In this document: piece after piece, positions 33,505 to 43,658 of the stretch
Position numbering within the stretch: position 1 is the stretch's first letter
Layout: every line of letters begins with the position of its first letter
NCBI GenBank assembly: GCA_963734495.1
Contig: CAVTHK010000010.1
Coordinates: 32,001 to 96,000, forward strand
Length of the DNA: 64,000 bases
Reading direction: 5' to 3'
Source: an uncultured Spirochaetota bacterium
GTDB lineage: Bacteria > Spirochaetota > Spirochaetia > SZUA-6 > CAVTHK01
Program-made: the position numbers and the translations under genes
The notes under the pieces: model-generated
What the model was told of the DNA's origin: nothing
Databases searched by the model: none
What the model saw: the letters and a program-made list of their open reading frames with translations, nothing else

Positions 33505-35123
33505 GCGCGCTGCTGGAGGTCAGGGACCTTTCGGTGTCCTTCGCCCTCGGCGCGAGGACGCTCGAGGCGGCCAGGCATGTCTCCTTCGACATCGAAAAGG
33601 GGGAATCGCTCGCGCTCGTGGGCGAATCGGGCGCCGGCAAGTCGGTCACGGCCCTCAGCGTGCTGCAGCTCCTTCCCTACCCTCCCGCGTTCCACCCGGG
33701 CGGGAGCATCCGCTTCGAGGGCGAGGAGCTGGTCGGAGCGGCTCCTGAGACGCTGCAGCGCATCCGCGGCAACCGGATCTCGATGATCTTCCAGGAGCCG
33801 ATGTCCTCGCTGAACCCGCTGCACACGATCGAGAAGCAGGTCGACGAGGTGCTGTTCCTGCACAAGGGGATGTCCCGGTCCGAGGCGCGCGCGCGGACGC
33901 TCGAGCTCCTCGGCCTGGTGGGGCTTCCGGAAGCGGAGGAGCGGCTGGGCGCGTTCCCGCACGAGCTCTCAGGCGGCCAGCGCCAGAGGGTCATGATCGC
34001 CATGGCCCTGGCCAACGAGCCGGACATCCTCATCGCCGACGAGCCCACGACGGCGCTGGACGTCACGATCCAGGCCCAGATCCTGACGCTGGTCAAGGAC
34101 CTGCAGAAGCGCTTCGGCATGGCCCTGCTGTTCATCACGCACGATCTGAACGTGGTGCGCAAGGTGGCGGACCGCGTGTGCGTCATGAAGGACGGCGAGA
34201 TCGTCGAGACCGGCACGACCGGCCGCATCTTTTCCGCGCCGTCGCACCCGTACACGAAGATCCTGCTGGCCTCCGAGCCCAAAGGCTCAGCCGGGCCGCC
34301 GCGCGGCGCCGCGCCGCTGATGCAGGCCGACGACCTCAAGGTCTGGTTCCCGATCAAGACGGGCCTGCTGCGCAAGGTGACCGGGTACATCAAGGCCGTC
34401 GACGGCGTTTCCCTCAAGGTGCGCTCGGGGGAGACCCTCGGCGTCGTGGGCGAATCGGGCTCCGGCAAGTCGTCCCTCGCGCTCGGGTTGCTGCGCCTCG
34501 TGGCCTCGAATGGATCGATCACCTACCGGGACCGCCCGCTCCAGGGCCTCAGGTCCAGGGAGCTGCGCCCCCTGAGGCGCCAGATCCAGATCATCTTCCA
34601 GGACCCCTACGGGAGCCTCAATCCGCGCCTTTCGATCTCGGACATCGTCGGCGAGGGGCTGAGGGTTCACAGGATCGCGTCCGATCCCTCCGAGAGGGAG
34701 GGGCTGATCGTGCGGGCGCTCGAGGAGGTCGGGCTCGATCCGGCGACGCGGCACCGCTACCCGCACGAGTTCTCCGGCGGGCAGCGGCAGCGCATCGCGA
34801 TCGCGCGCGCGCTCGTGCTCAAGCCCGAGCTGATCGTGCTCGACGAGCCGACGTCCTCGCTGGACGTGAGCGTCCAGGCCCAGATCATCGAGCTGTTGCG
34901 CCGCCTGCAGGACGAGCACGGGCTCGCCTACATCTTTATCAGCCACGACCTGCGGGTCGTGCGCGCGCTCGCCAATTACATTCTGGTCATGCGCAACGGG
35001 AGGCTCGTCGAAGAGGGACCCCCGGCGGTAATCTTCGAGCATCCGCGCGACCCCTACACGCGGGCGCTCATGACGGCCGCGTTCGAGCTGGTGAGCGTCG
35101 ACGGGGGCGTCGTCAAGACGTAG
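33501..35123 (+). CDS. yejF: Peptide ABC ATPase with duplicated NBD, YejF
   Basis: Two Walker A motifs (GESGAGKS, GESGSGKS) and two SGGQRQR signatures. Confidence 0.9.
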   Translation: MSALLEVRDLSVSFALGARTLEAARHVSFDIEKGESLALVGESGAGKSVTALSVLQLLPYPPAFHPGGSIRFEGEELVGAAPETLQRIRGNRISMIFQEPMSSLNPLHTIEKQVDEVLFLHKGMSRSEARARTLELLGLVGLPEAEERLGAFPHELSGGQRQRVMIAMALANEPDILIADEPTTALDVTIQAQILTLVKDLQKRFGMALLFITHDLNVVRKVADRVCVMKDGEIVETGTTGRIFSAPSHPYTKILLASEPKGSAGPPRGAAPLMQADDLKVWFPIKTGLLRKVTGYIKAVDGVSLKVRSGETLGVVGESGSGKSSLALGLLRLVASNGSITYRDRPLQGLRSRELRPLRRQIQIIFQDPYGSLNPRLSISDIVGEGLRVHRIASDPSEREGLIVRALEEVGLDPATRHRYPHEFSGGQRQRIAIARALVLKPELIVLDEPTSSLDVSVQAQIIELLRRLQDEHGLAYIFISHDLRVVRALANYILVMRNGRLVEEGPPAVIFEHPRDPYTRALMTAAFELVSVDGGVVKT

Positions 35124-35155
35124 GGCCGCGCTCGCGAGAGAGGTTGAAGGGAGAG

Positions 35156-37004
35156 ATGATGACAAAGGTCCACGCCGGGTTCGCGCGGGTGGTGGCCGCG
35201 GGCCTGCTCCTGGCGGCGGCAGCCGCGGGCGCGCAGACCATCCACCGCGGCAACGGGATCGCGATGCGCGGCGAGCCGAAGTATCGGCCGGGGTTCGCGC
35301 ACTTCGACTACGTCAACCCTTCCGCGCCCAGGGGCGGCAGCGTCGTCTATGGAGACGTGGGGAGCTTCGACAACCTGAATCCCTTCATCCTCAAGGGTGA
35401 AGTCGCAGCGGGCGCCGGCTCGATCTTCGAAGCGCTGATGGTGGAGTCGCTGGACGAGCCGTTCACGATGTACGGCCTCCTCGCGGAGACGGTGGAGTAC
35501 CCCGACGACCGATCCTGGGTCGCCTTTACGCTGAACCCGAAAGCCCGGTTCCAGGACGGCACGAGCGTCACCGCCGAAGACGTGGTCTGGACGTTCGACA
35601 CGCTGAAGACCAAGGGGCATCCCTTCTACCGCTACTACTACAAGGAGGTCCAGAAGGCCGAGGTCACCGCGCCCCGCACCGTGAGGTTCACGTTCGCGGG
35701 CAACCCGAACCCCGAGCTGCCGCTCATCGTGGGCCAGCTCCCCGTGCTTCCGAAGCATTACTGGGCAGGCAAGGACTTCGAAGACACGACGCTCGTCGCC
35801 GCCGGTGGGGAGCGGGCCGTACAAGGTCGCGAGCGTCGACCCCGGGCGATCCATCACGTACGAGCTCGACCCCGGCTGGTGGGGAAAGGACCTGCCCGTC
35901 AACGTCGGACAGGACAACTTCGCGCAGATCCGCTACGACTACTACGCGACGAGGGGGTTCAGCGAGAGGCGTTCAAGGCCGGGAACATCGACCTCATGGT
36001 GGAGAGCACCGCCAAGGAGTGGGCCACGGGCTACAACATCCCGGCCGTCCAGAAGGGGCGTCATCGTCAAGCGCAAGATCCCCAACAACAACCCGCAGGG
36101 GATGCAGTCCTTCGCGTTCAACACCCGCAGGGCGATCTTCCAGGACCGCAGGGTGCGCGAGGCCATCGGGGATGCCTTCGATTTCGAGTGGTCGAACAAG
36201 AACCTCTTCTACGGCGAGTACACGCGGACCAACTCGTTCTTCGCGAACTCGGAGATGGCCGCGACCGGGCTTCCGGGCCCCGCCGAGCTGCAGGCTGCTC
36301 GAGAAGTACCGCGGCAGCGATCCCCGACGAGGTCTTTACCAGGGCCTACGAGCCGCCGAAGACCGACGGCTCGGGCGAGATCCGCGAGGGCCTGAGGAAC
36401 GCGTTCAGGCTGCTCGCGGATGCGGGGTGGAAGGTCACGAACGGGCAGCTCGTGAACACGAAGACCGGCGAGGCCATGAAGTTCGAGATCCTCCTGGTCC
36501 AGCCGGCCTTCGAGCGGATCGTTCTTCCGTTCAAGAACAACCTGCAGCGGCTCGGCATCGAGGTGAGCGTCAGGACCGTCGACACGTCGCAGTACCAGAA
36601 CAGGCTCGACAGCTTCGACTTCGACATGATCGTGGCGTCGTGGGGCGAGTCTCTCTCGCCGGGCAACGAGCAGCGGAACTTCTGGGGCACGCAGGCCGCG
36701 GACACGCCCGGCTCGCAGAACTACGTCGGCATCAAGAGCCCGGTGGTGGACGACCTCGTCGACCGCATCGTGGCCGCGCCGACCCGCGAGGACCTCATCG
36801 CCGCCTGCCGGGCGCTCGACCGCGTGCTCCTCTGGGGCTACTACGTCGTCCCGCAGTGGTACCAGGCCTCCTACAGGGTCCTGTACTGGGACAAGTTCGC
36901 GGCTCCGGCAGCTCATGCCGAAGTACTCGCTGGGCCTGACCACCTGGTGGATCGACCCGCAGAAGGCCGCCACGCTCGACAGCCGCAAGCGCGCGCTGCG
37001 CTGA
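35156..37004 (+). CDS. yejA: Peptide ABC substrate-binding protein YejA (frameshifted)
   Basis: GEPKY, HFDYVNPSAPRGG, FDNLNPFILKG, LSPGNEQRNFWG, ALDRVLLWGYYVVP. Confidence 0.88.
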
Positions 37005-37020
37005 CGTTTCCCACGCGAGG

Positions 37021-38790
37021 TCAGCCCCGTCGAGGAGGCAGCATACCCAGCCCCGCTTCCCTCAGGCCGCGGGCTGCCTCCACGATCGCAGGCCACCAGA
37101 CGAGCAGCTCGCCGTACTCGCGCACCATCGCGCGGCAAAGCTCCATCGCCTCATCCGGGCTGCGCCCGGATCGCAGGTCTATGGGAACCAGGCCGCCGGG
37201 CGTGGTCAGCGCGTCGATGACCGAATCGATGTGCGCCCTCACGTCGGCCGCCCAGTGGTCGGGGGATTCCGAGTAGATGCGCAGCAGGTCTTCGAGGTGC
37301 TCGATATACGCGCTCAGGCCGTGCATCCAGCGATCACGAAGGTAGAGACTGAAGTCTGCCGCGGCGAGAGCCGCGACATCCTTCAGGTAAGCGCCCGTCC
37401 TCGCCAGCCCTTCCGCCCTCGACTGCGGAAGCGCGTTCTGGCTGCGGTCCTCCAGCAGCATGATCACCGTGTCCGAGATGCGGGGCGCCCAGGTGCGGAG
37501 CGCGCCCTCCGGAAAGCTCCTTGCGCCCGGCGGGTCGTGCAGAACAGCCAGCGGAAGATGGCCGACCATGCCGTCGGCGACAGCGGCTCGCAGAACCGCC
37601 GCGAAGACGCCGTCCTCGTTCCGCCCGACCGGGAAGAACGGAGGAAGGAGATCGCGGTTGTCGAGAGCGCTGCACCCGGCCATGAAAGAGCGCCCTTCAG
37701 TGATCGTCAGTCGTTTCACGACCCGGACCATCTCCCGGCTCGACGAAGCGATCGCGTAGCTCTGGGCCGGGGACACGATCGCTTCCCGGTCGTCCCCGGC
37801 GAGGGTCAGCAGGTAGCGAGGCGCAGCCAGACCGCAGTCGCCGGCGATGCCGGCCGCAGCGGCAAGAACGACGGGATCGCTCTTGAGGAGCCTGCGCACC
37901 AGGACCGGTGCTGCGCGGTCCGCGAGAAGCGCAGGCCCCGCCGCCGCGACGCACGCGGAAACCGTGCGGCCGAGCAGCCGCTCGTGCCAGCCTACGATGT
38001 CCACGTCGGCACGAGCGTTGGCGTTCAGCATCTCCGCCCGGTCCCGGTAGGACCTGACAGATGCAGGGTCGTGAAACGAGTAGAGCTCCAGCGTACCCGG
38101 CTCGCCAGAGGCGACGAAACGGTGCACGATGTCATCGTCGGAGCACATCACGAGGTCGCCGACCGTCCCGAGCAGCAGAGAGTTCCGGTTGGCGCCCGCT
38201 GCCATGCCGAACCCGTGGGGGTCGAAAAGCGCGAACTCCGCCAGCGCCGGCGGAAGATCGGCCCGAGTCCGGAGCAGCTCGGCGAGAAATGCACGCTTGC
38301 GGGATATGTCGACGAGGTCGGCGGTAAAGGGCGCTGCCTTCGGTTTCCCCGAATCGTCGAACACTGCATAGCGAACCGGTCGGCCGCCGGCGCGGGTGAC
38401 CGCGACCAGGCTCTCGACGCTCCTCGCCAGAAGATCCGGCCGGTCCCTCGTCACCCATGCCGCGATCGCGATGGCCGGCACGTCGCTCGGGCGTTCGCGT
38501 TCGGCCAAGGCGCGCACGAAATCTGCTTTCGCGAGCAGAAGACCCTCGCGGATCAGCCCGTTGATTCCCGCCTCGATGTTGCGCGCGGCCTCGTCGGGCC
38601 AGCCGGCATCGAGCAGATGCTGGACGTGTCCACGGGCAGTTCTGAAACGATCACACTGCTCGAGGATCTGCGGCAGCGGATCTTCGAGCCGCACGACGCC
38701 GCCGTCGGGCCGCAACGCGAGGGCGCGTCCCTCGCCCGCAGGCACGAACTGCTCAGCACACCCGATGTACTCGGGCTCGGCGGAGGGCAT
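37021..38790 (-). CDS. Hypothetical enzyme: N-terminal RRE/PqqD-like winged helix plus GT-A-like domain
   Basis: ILEQCDRFRT...IEAGINGLIREGLLL; WVTRDRPDLLARSVESL, VFDDS, GANRN, CSDDD, RNEDG. Confidence 0.55.
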   Translation of the reverse strand: MPSAEPEYIGCAEQFVPAGEGRALALRPDGGVVRLEDPLPQILEQCDRFRTARGHVQHLLDAGWPDEAARNIEAGINGLIREGLLLAKADFVRALAERERPSDVPAIAIAAWVTRDRPDLLARSVESLVAVTRAGGRPVRYAVFDDSGKPKAAPFTADLVDISRKRAFLAELLRTRADLPPALAEFALFDPHGFGMAAGANRNSLLLGTVGDLVMCSDDDIVHRFVASGEPGTLELYSFHDPASVRSYRDRAEMLNANARADVDIVGWHERLLGRTVSACVAAAGPALLADRAAPVLVRRLLKSDPVVLAAAAGIAGDCGLAAPRYLLTLAGDDREAIVSPAQSYAIASSSREMVRVVKRLTITEGRSFMAGCSALDNRDLLPPFFPVGRNEDGVFAAVLRAAVADGMVGHLPLAVLHDPPGARSFPEGALRTWAPRISDTVIMLLEDRSQNALPQSRAEGLARTGAYLKDVAALAAADFSLYLRDRWMHGLSAYIEHLEDLLRIYSESPDHWAADVRAHIDSVIDALTTPGGLVPIDLRSGRSPDEAMELCRAMVREYGELLVWWPAIVEAARGLREAGLGMLPPRRG

Positions 38791-38853
38791 CAGGGCCGGA
38801 TCGCGTCGCCTTCGTGCGAACACGCCGTGCTCGCTGCCGGCGGCGTCGAAGCG

Positions 38854-39324
38854 TCAACATACCTGGCCCGTCAGGGTCAGCACGTATGAGCCGTTGTCGG
38901 GGTCGTCGCTGACGATCGTCGCCTTCGCGCGCCTGTCGCCGTTAGTGGCTACCAGCGGAAATCGGATCACGAACTCGACTTATTCCCCGGGCTCGATGTC
39001 CGTGAGCTCCGCAGGCTGACGGGTAACACTGAAGAAGCTCGCATCCGTCCCGGAGATGACCACCGGGCGTCGTCCCCTCCAGATTCAGGTACCCCTTCCC
39101 GTCGTTGTAGATGACGAAAGGTCATCGACACCGGACTCGCGGTACAGCACCGGGCCGAAATCGTATGACGAGACCGGCGCTCCCCCCTGCTCGACCGATA
39201 TCTTGGGGTCCAGGACGCTGTACGCCACTATGTCGCGCAGGATGACCGTGTCGCACCCCGAGAGCAGCGCCACGAGGAGCAGCACGACCGGTACGTTGAT
39301 CAGGTTCCTGGCTATTCTTCCCAC
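38854..39324 (-). CDS. Lipoprotein with Ig-like (choice-of-anchor D-like) domain; frameshift near 39115
   Basis: LLSGC lipobox; YDFGPV...IYNDGKGYLNL...ISGTDASFFSV...IVSDDPDNGSYVLTLTG. Confidence 0.7.
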
Positions 39325-42300
39325 AGCACTACCCCCCTTGTCTGGCTCGCTTCGGCGGCGCGGGCCGCTTCGTCGCCCCGGAGCTCCAGGTACGAGAAAC
39401 GCTCCGCCATCGCCGGCGCGAGCTGCTTGACCCTGGCAAAGGCCTCCCGCGCCGATCCGTAGTTCTCCAGCTCGTGGTGAGCTCGCGCGATCCCGAGGAG
39501 CACGCTCGCGCTGTCCGGAGTCTGCTGCCTCGCCCGCTCGTAGAAGGCCAGCGCAGACTTCATGTCCCCGCGGACGAAGAACAGGTTGCCCAGGTTGATC
39601 AGCGCGGGCGCAAACTCGGTCTGACGGATGGCAAGGCGGAACTGACTCTCCGCCTGGTCGTCGAGGCCGTAACGGGCGTAAACCACGCCCAGCTTGTTGA
39701 CGGACCGCGGGCTGTTGTTGGAGGAGCGTATCTCGGCCTGGACCCTCGCGACCTGCGGCGAGATCTCGCGGTCGACCAGACGGCCCAGCTCGGAGCCGAA
39801 CGCAGCGGCGAGCTGCGACTCGGCCGGCAGCGCGATCGCGACTTCGCCCGGGTACCCGGTCGGCTCGTAGCTCCGCCAGCCTTCGTGAACAGGGTAGAAG
39901 GCCGCCTTGCCGCCGGTCTTGTTCTCACGCCACTCCCGCGCGCCGACATCCCACGCGGTCAAGAAGCCCCCGGCGATCTCCGTGACCTCGACGGGCACCC
40001 ATGCCTTTCCGCCTTCGAAGATGAGGTCATCCGGCCGGACGTAGGCCTGGCGGGCCTCATCGGGCGACTGCGCCAGAGCAAACGCCAGGTAGATGTGGCC
40101 CGGTATCGTTATGAACGCGGTCTCCACGCCTACCGACTCGAGAAGCGCGCTGAACAGGATAGACAGATCGTCGCAGTCGCCGGCCTTGTACTCCAGCGAC
40201 TGCTTGGGGAACTGCAGGAAGTCGATGGTCGAGCCGCTCTTCGAGAACTCCGCGTACGGCGTGCTCGGGTCGACGACGTACTTCATCCCGTAAAGCTTGA
40301 GCGCGGTATGAATGCTCATGGCCGCGAGCACGTTCATGTCGATCGCGCGGCTGCCCCTTTCCCGAGCCAGGCCGGCGGCTGCCTTTGCGAACTTGAGCAC
40401 CGCGGGGTCCTTCGCCGTGACAAAGGCGCTCGCCTTCCGGTCATCGTCCCAGGTCATGGCGTTGCGGCCCTGGATTCTCATGGACTCGATGCGCTCCGCA
40501 GCGCGCTCCCGGTTTCTCACCGTGTACAGCACTGTCACCTGGGTGGAGATCTTGGTGCCCTCGGAGATCGAGAGCACCGCGTCGGTGAAGAGGCCGTAGA
40601 TCTCGAAGTCCCTGGATTCGCCGGGCGGAACGCCGACGGACTCCTGGCGCACCTTGGGATTGTCCATGTACTGACGGGCCAGGAAGCTCACGCGCACGTT
40701 CTCCGCGGGTGCCGCCTCCCAGTTGTGTACCGTGATCTTCCCCACGGGATGATCGTCGTAGTACTTGTAGAACACCGGGAAGATGTTCTCGAAAGTGAGG
40801 CCGCTGATCTCCAGGCCCCGCCCTGGCTGGAAACGCCGCTCCAGGGTCCCCGGCTGCACGTAGTCGGGCGCAGCCACACCTGAAGCGATCCGGATTTCCG
40901 ACCCGAGCGACACGGCCCACGCATCGAACAGGTCCGGGTACCTGCCGTACGAGGCATCTACCCCGATGTGCATCGACGGCGAGACGCGGAGCTTCAGGCC
41001 CGCGCCGGACAGAACAAAGAGGTTCCCGCCGGCATCTCCCGACCCGTCGTTGACGATACCGCCGTAGTATCCAGCCCCGGTATGCACGTCCAAGCTGAGA
41101 TCCGGCGTCAGCCCCAGATCGACGCCGACCTGGGCGCCGATCGTCAGTCTCGACAGGGTCACGTCACCGGGCGTTGTCGCATAGCCGTACCCGACGCCGG
41201 CTCCCGCGTACAGAAAGGGGAACGCCGGGTTCGTCACGATGCCGGACACGTTCAGGCCGCCCAGAAGATCGTAGAGATCGCGATCCTGCCCCACCGGAAG
41301 CTCGACTGTCGGCGCCACGCGGACGGCGAAGGCCGCGACGCCCTGATCGGCGGCGGCAGGGAGCAGCGCGAGCGGGCGCGGCCTCGCCGGGACGCCGCCG
41401 CCAGCAGGTGCAAGCGCGCGCGAGAAGCCCAGCGCGACGACCCACGAGTCCTCGAGATCGAGGTAGCGGCGATAGGATCCCTCGAGGTCCATCGCCCAGG
41501 GTCCTTCGAGCGCGTATGAGAGCCCCGCCCCCGCGGCGACGAAAGCGCCTCCCCCGCTGGCAGACCCGTCGTTCAACAGGCCGTGGTAGTAGCCGCCCTT
41601 CGCAAATGTCTCCAGGGAGACGTTCGGCGCGAGGCCCAGCGACATCCCGACTCCGCCGCCGATGTCGACCCGCGAGAGGGAAGGACCCGCACTTGTCGGA
41701 ACGAACCCGTACCCCAGGTCGCCCGTCATGTAGAGCAGAGGCATCGCGGGGCTGCGCAGCACGGCCGAAAGCTCCAGGCCCCCGCCCGGCGCGTACAGAT
41801 CGGAATCGCCGCCGGCCGGGATCTGCACGACCGGCGCGGCTCTCAGCGAAACGGATGCCGAAACGGGGGGCCTGCTCTCCCTCGGGGGGCCGATCTTCAG
41901 GATGGCGCCAACGGAGACGGTCCAGGTGTTCTGGAAGTCGAGGTAGCTGTCGTAACCGGCCTGGACAGCGACGTCGATTGCCCGGGACGCCTCGTATTCG
42001 AGAGACAGCCCCGCGCCTGCGTAGGGATCGCCTCCCGAGCTCGAACCTTCATTCAGCATGCCGTAGTAGTAGCCGGTACGCCCATAGAACCCGCCCCGCA
42101 GCCCTCGCACGAGATCGATCTCGACGCCGAGTCTCGCTCCCGCCGACAGCCTGGATACCGAAGGTCCCTGCTCCTGCGAGGGCACGTAGCCGTAGCCCAG
42201 GTCCCCTGCCACGTAGACGGCCTGCTGGATGCCCGGGTATACGCGGGCGCTGAGCCCGCCCGCGGCTCCGGCGGTGAGGACGTCCGCATCCGAGCCGGAC

Positions 42301-42407
42301 GGCAATTCGAGGCTCGAATAGAGGTGCAGCAGAACGGGCGATTGCGACTGCGCTGCCGTCAGGGTTGCCGTCAGCAAGAGGACTGTTGGAAGAAACGGTC
42401 TTCTCAC
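39312..42407 (-). CDS. Secreted 1031-aa protein: three tandem OM beta-barrel-like repeats, transglutaminase-like domain, TPR
   Basis: Signal peptide; three ~165-aa repeats; GDCDD...PGHIY...WVPVE; TPR NKLGVVYARYG...ALINLGNL. Confidence 0.75.
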   Translation of the reverse strand: MRRPFLPTVLLLTATLTAAQSQSPVLLHLYSSLELPSGSDADVLTAGAAGGLSARVYPGIQQAVYVAGDLGYGYVPSQEQGPSVSRLSAGARLGVEIDLVRGLRGGFYGRTGYYYGMLNEGSSSGGDPYAGAGLSLEYEASRAIDVAVQAGYDSYLDFQNTWTVSVGAILKIGPPRESRPPVSASVSLRAAPVVQIPAGGDSDLYAPGGGLELSAVLRSPAMPLLYMTGDLGYGFVPTSAGPSLSRVDIGGGVGMSLGLAPNVSLETFAKGGYYHGLLNDGSASGGGAFVAAGAGLSYALEGPWAMDLEGSYRRYLDLEDSWVVALGFSRALAPAGGGVPARPRPLALLPAAADQGVAAFAVRVAPTVELPVGQDRDLYDLLGGLNVSGIVTNPAFPFLYAGAGVGYGYATTPGDVTLSRLTIGAQVGVDLGLTPDLSLDVHTGAGYYGGIVNDGSGDAGGNLFVLSGAGLKLRVSPSMHIGVDASYGRYPDLFDAWAVSLGSEIRIASGVAAPDYVQPGTLERRFQPGRGLEISGLTFENIFPVFYKYYDDHPVGKITVHNWEAAPAENVRVSFLARQYMDNPKVRQESVGVPPGESRDFEIYGLFTDAVLSISEGTKISTQVTVLYTVRNRERAAERIESMRIQGRNAMTWDDDRKASAFVTAKDPAVLKFAKAAAGLARERGSRAIDMNVLAAMSIHTALKLYGMKYVVDPSTPYAEFSKSGSTIDFLQFPKQSLEYKAGDCDDLSILFSALLESVGVETAFITIPGHIYLAFALAQSPDEARQAYVRPDDLIFEGGKAWVPVEVTEIAGGFLTAWDVGAREWRENKTGGKAAFYPVHEGWRSYEPTGYPGEVAIALPAESQLAAAFGSELGRLVDREISPQVARVQAEIRSSNNSPRSVNKLGVVYARYGLDDQAESQFRLAIRQTEFAPALINLGNLFFVRGDMKSALAFYERARQQTPDSASVLLGIARAHHELENYGSAREAFARVKQLAPAMAERFSYLELRGDEAARAAEASQTRGVVLWEE

Positions 42408-42440
42408 GGCCCACCTCCGGAGGTGACCAGCTCGGCCGCA

Positions 42441-42540
42441 ATTATACGCTGCAACACCGATAACGCAAGTCCGGCCAACGGGCTCCCGGCGCCGCCCTCT
42501 TCAGAGGGGCTGTTGCGATTTCGATGCCGTCGGTTATAAT
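42441..42540. promoter_or_regulatory. Back-to-back sigma70 promoters
   Basis: Minus TTGCGT-16-TATAAT (42468 to 42441); plus TTGCGA-16-TATAAT (42513-42540); palindrome CCCTCT-TC-AGAGGG between them. Confidence 0.55.
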
Positions 42541-42630
42541 GGCGGCAGTCGCCGACGCTCGCCCCTCGGTGGCCATGACGGCGAGCCGATGACGGACAGG
42601 GGATCGGCCGGAAAGCGCGGCTGCACAGCC

Positions 42631-43609
42631 ATGGAGAACACGCACCTGCTCGAGGTCGAGAACCTCCGCATGTACTTCCCGGTGACCGCCGGCGTCTTCG
42701 GCAGAAGCCTCGGGGACGTCAAGGCGGTGGACGACGTCAGCTTCTACGTCAAGAAGGGCGAGACGCTCGGCCTCGTCGGCGAGAGCGGCTGCGGCAAGAC
42801 CACCACGGGTCACTGCATCCTGCAGCTCCACAAGGTCACCGCGGGCAAGGTCCGCTTCGAGGGAGCGGACCTCGTCCAGATGAAGAAGCAGGAGCTGCGG
42901 CGGATGCGGCGGCACATGCAGCTCATATTCCAGGATCCGTTCGCCTCACTGAACCCCCGCATGACGGCGGGAGCAGATCGTGGGCGAGCCGCTCCTGGTT
43001 CATCACCTCGCACAGGACAGCGCCGCCTTCCGGGAACAGATCGACGAGCTTCTGCGGATGGTGGAGCTCGAGCCCTACATGGCCGACCGCTACCCGCACG
43101 AGTTCAGCGGCGGCCAGCGCCAGCGCATCGGCATTGCGCGGGCCCTGGCCGTCAGGCCGGCATTCATCGTCTGCGACGAGCCGGTCTCGGCGCTGGACGT
43201 CTCCATTCAGGCACAGATCATCTCGCTGCTCGTCAGGCTGCGCGAAGAGCTGCACCTGACCTACCTGTTCATCGCGCACGACCTGGCGGTCGTGAGGGAT
43301 ATCAGCGATCGCGTCGCGGTCATGTACCTCGGGAGGATCGTGGAGATCACGGCGAGCGACGAGCTGTACGCCAACCCGCTCCACCCCTACACGGTGTCCC
43401 TGCTCTCCGCGGTCCCGATACCCGATCCGGTCGTAGACCGGACGCGCAAGCGCATCGTCCTTTCCGGCGACGTGCCCAGCCCGCTGAACCCTCCGAGCGG
43501 CTGCCCCTTCCACCCGAGGTGCTTCAAGGCGGCGCCGATATGCAGCGAGCAGGCGCCGAAGCTGAGGAACCTCGGCTCGGAGCACTGGGTGGCCTGCCAC
43601 CTCGCGTAG
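42631..43609 (+). CDS. Oligopeptide/dipeptide ABC ATPase, OppF-like (frameshift near 42975)
   Basis: [48 protein letters not shown]. Confidence 0.9.
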
Positions 43610-43658
43610 AGGCGCCGCCGGGCGACGGCCGGCCTCACCGACGACAAGGGAGAATCTG

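Noticed and set aside
34178-37276. 1032-aa ORF and other long Arg/Ala/Pro-rich ORFs in the track
   Set aside because: Shadow or frame-fusion ORFs caused by high GC and indels; they overlap well-supported genes.
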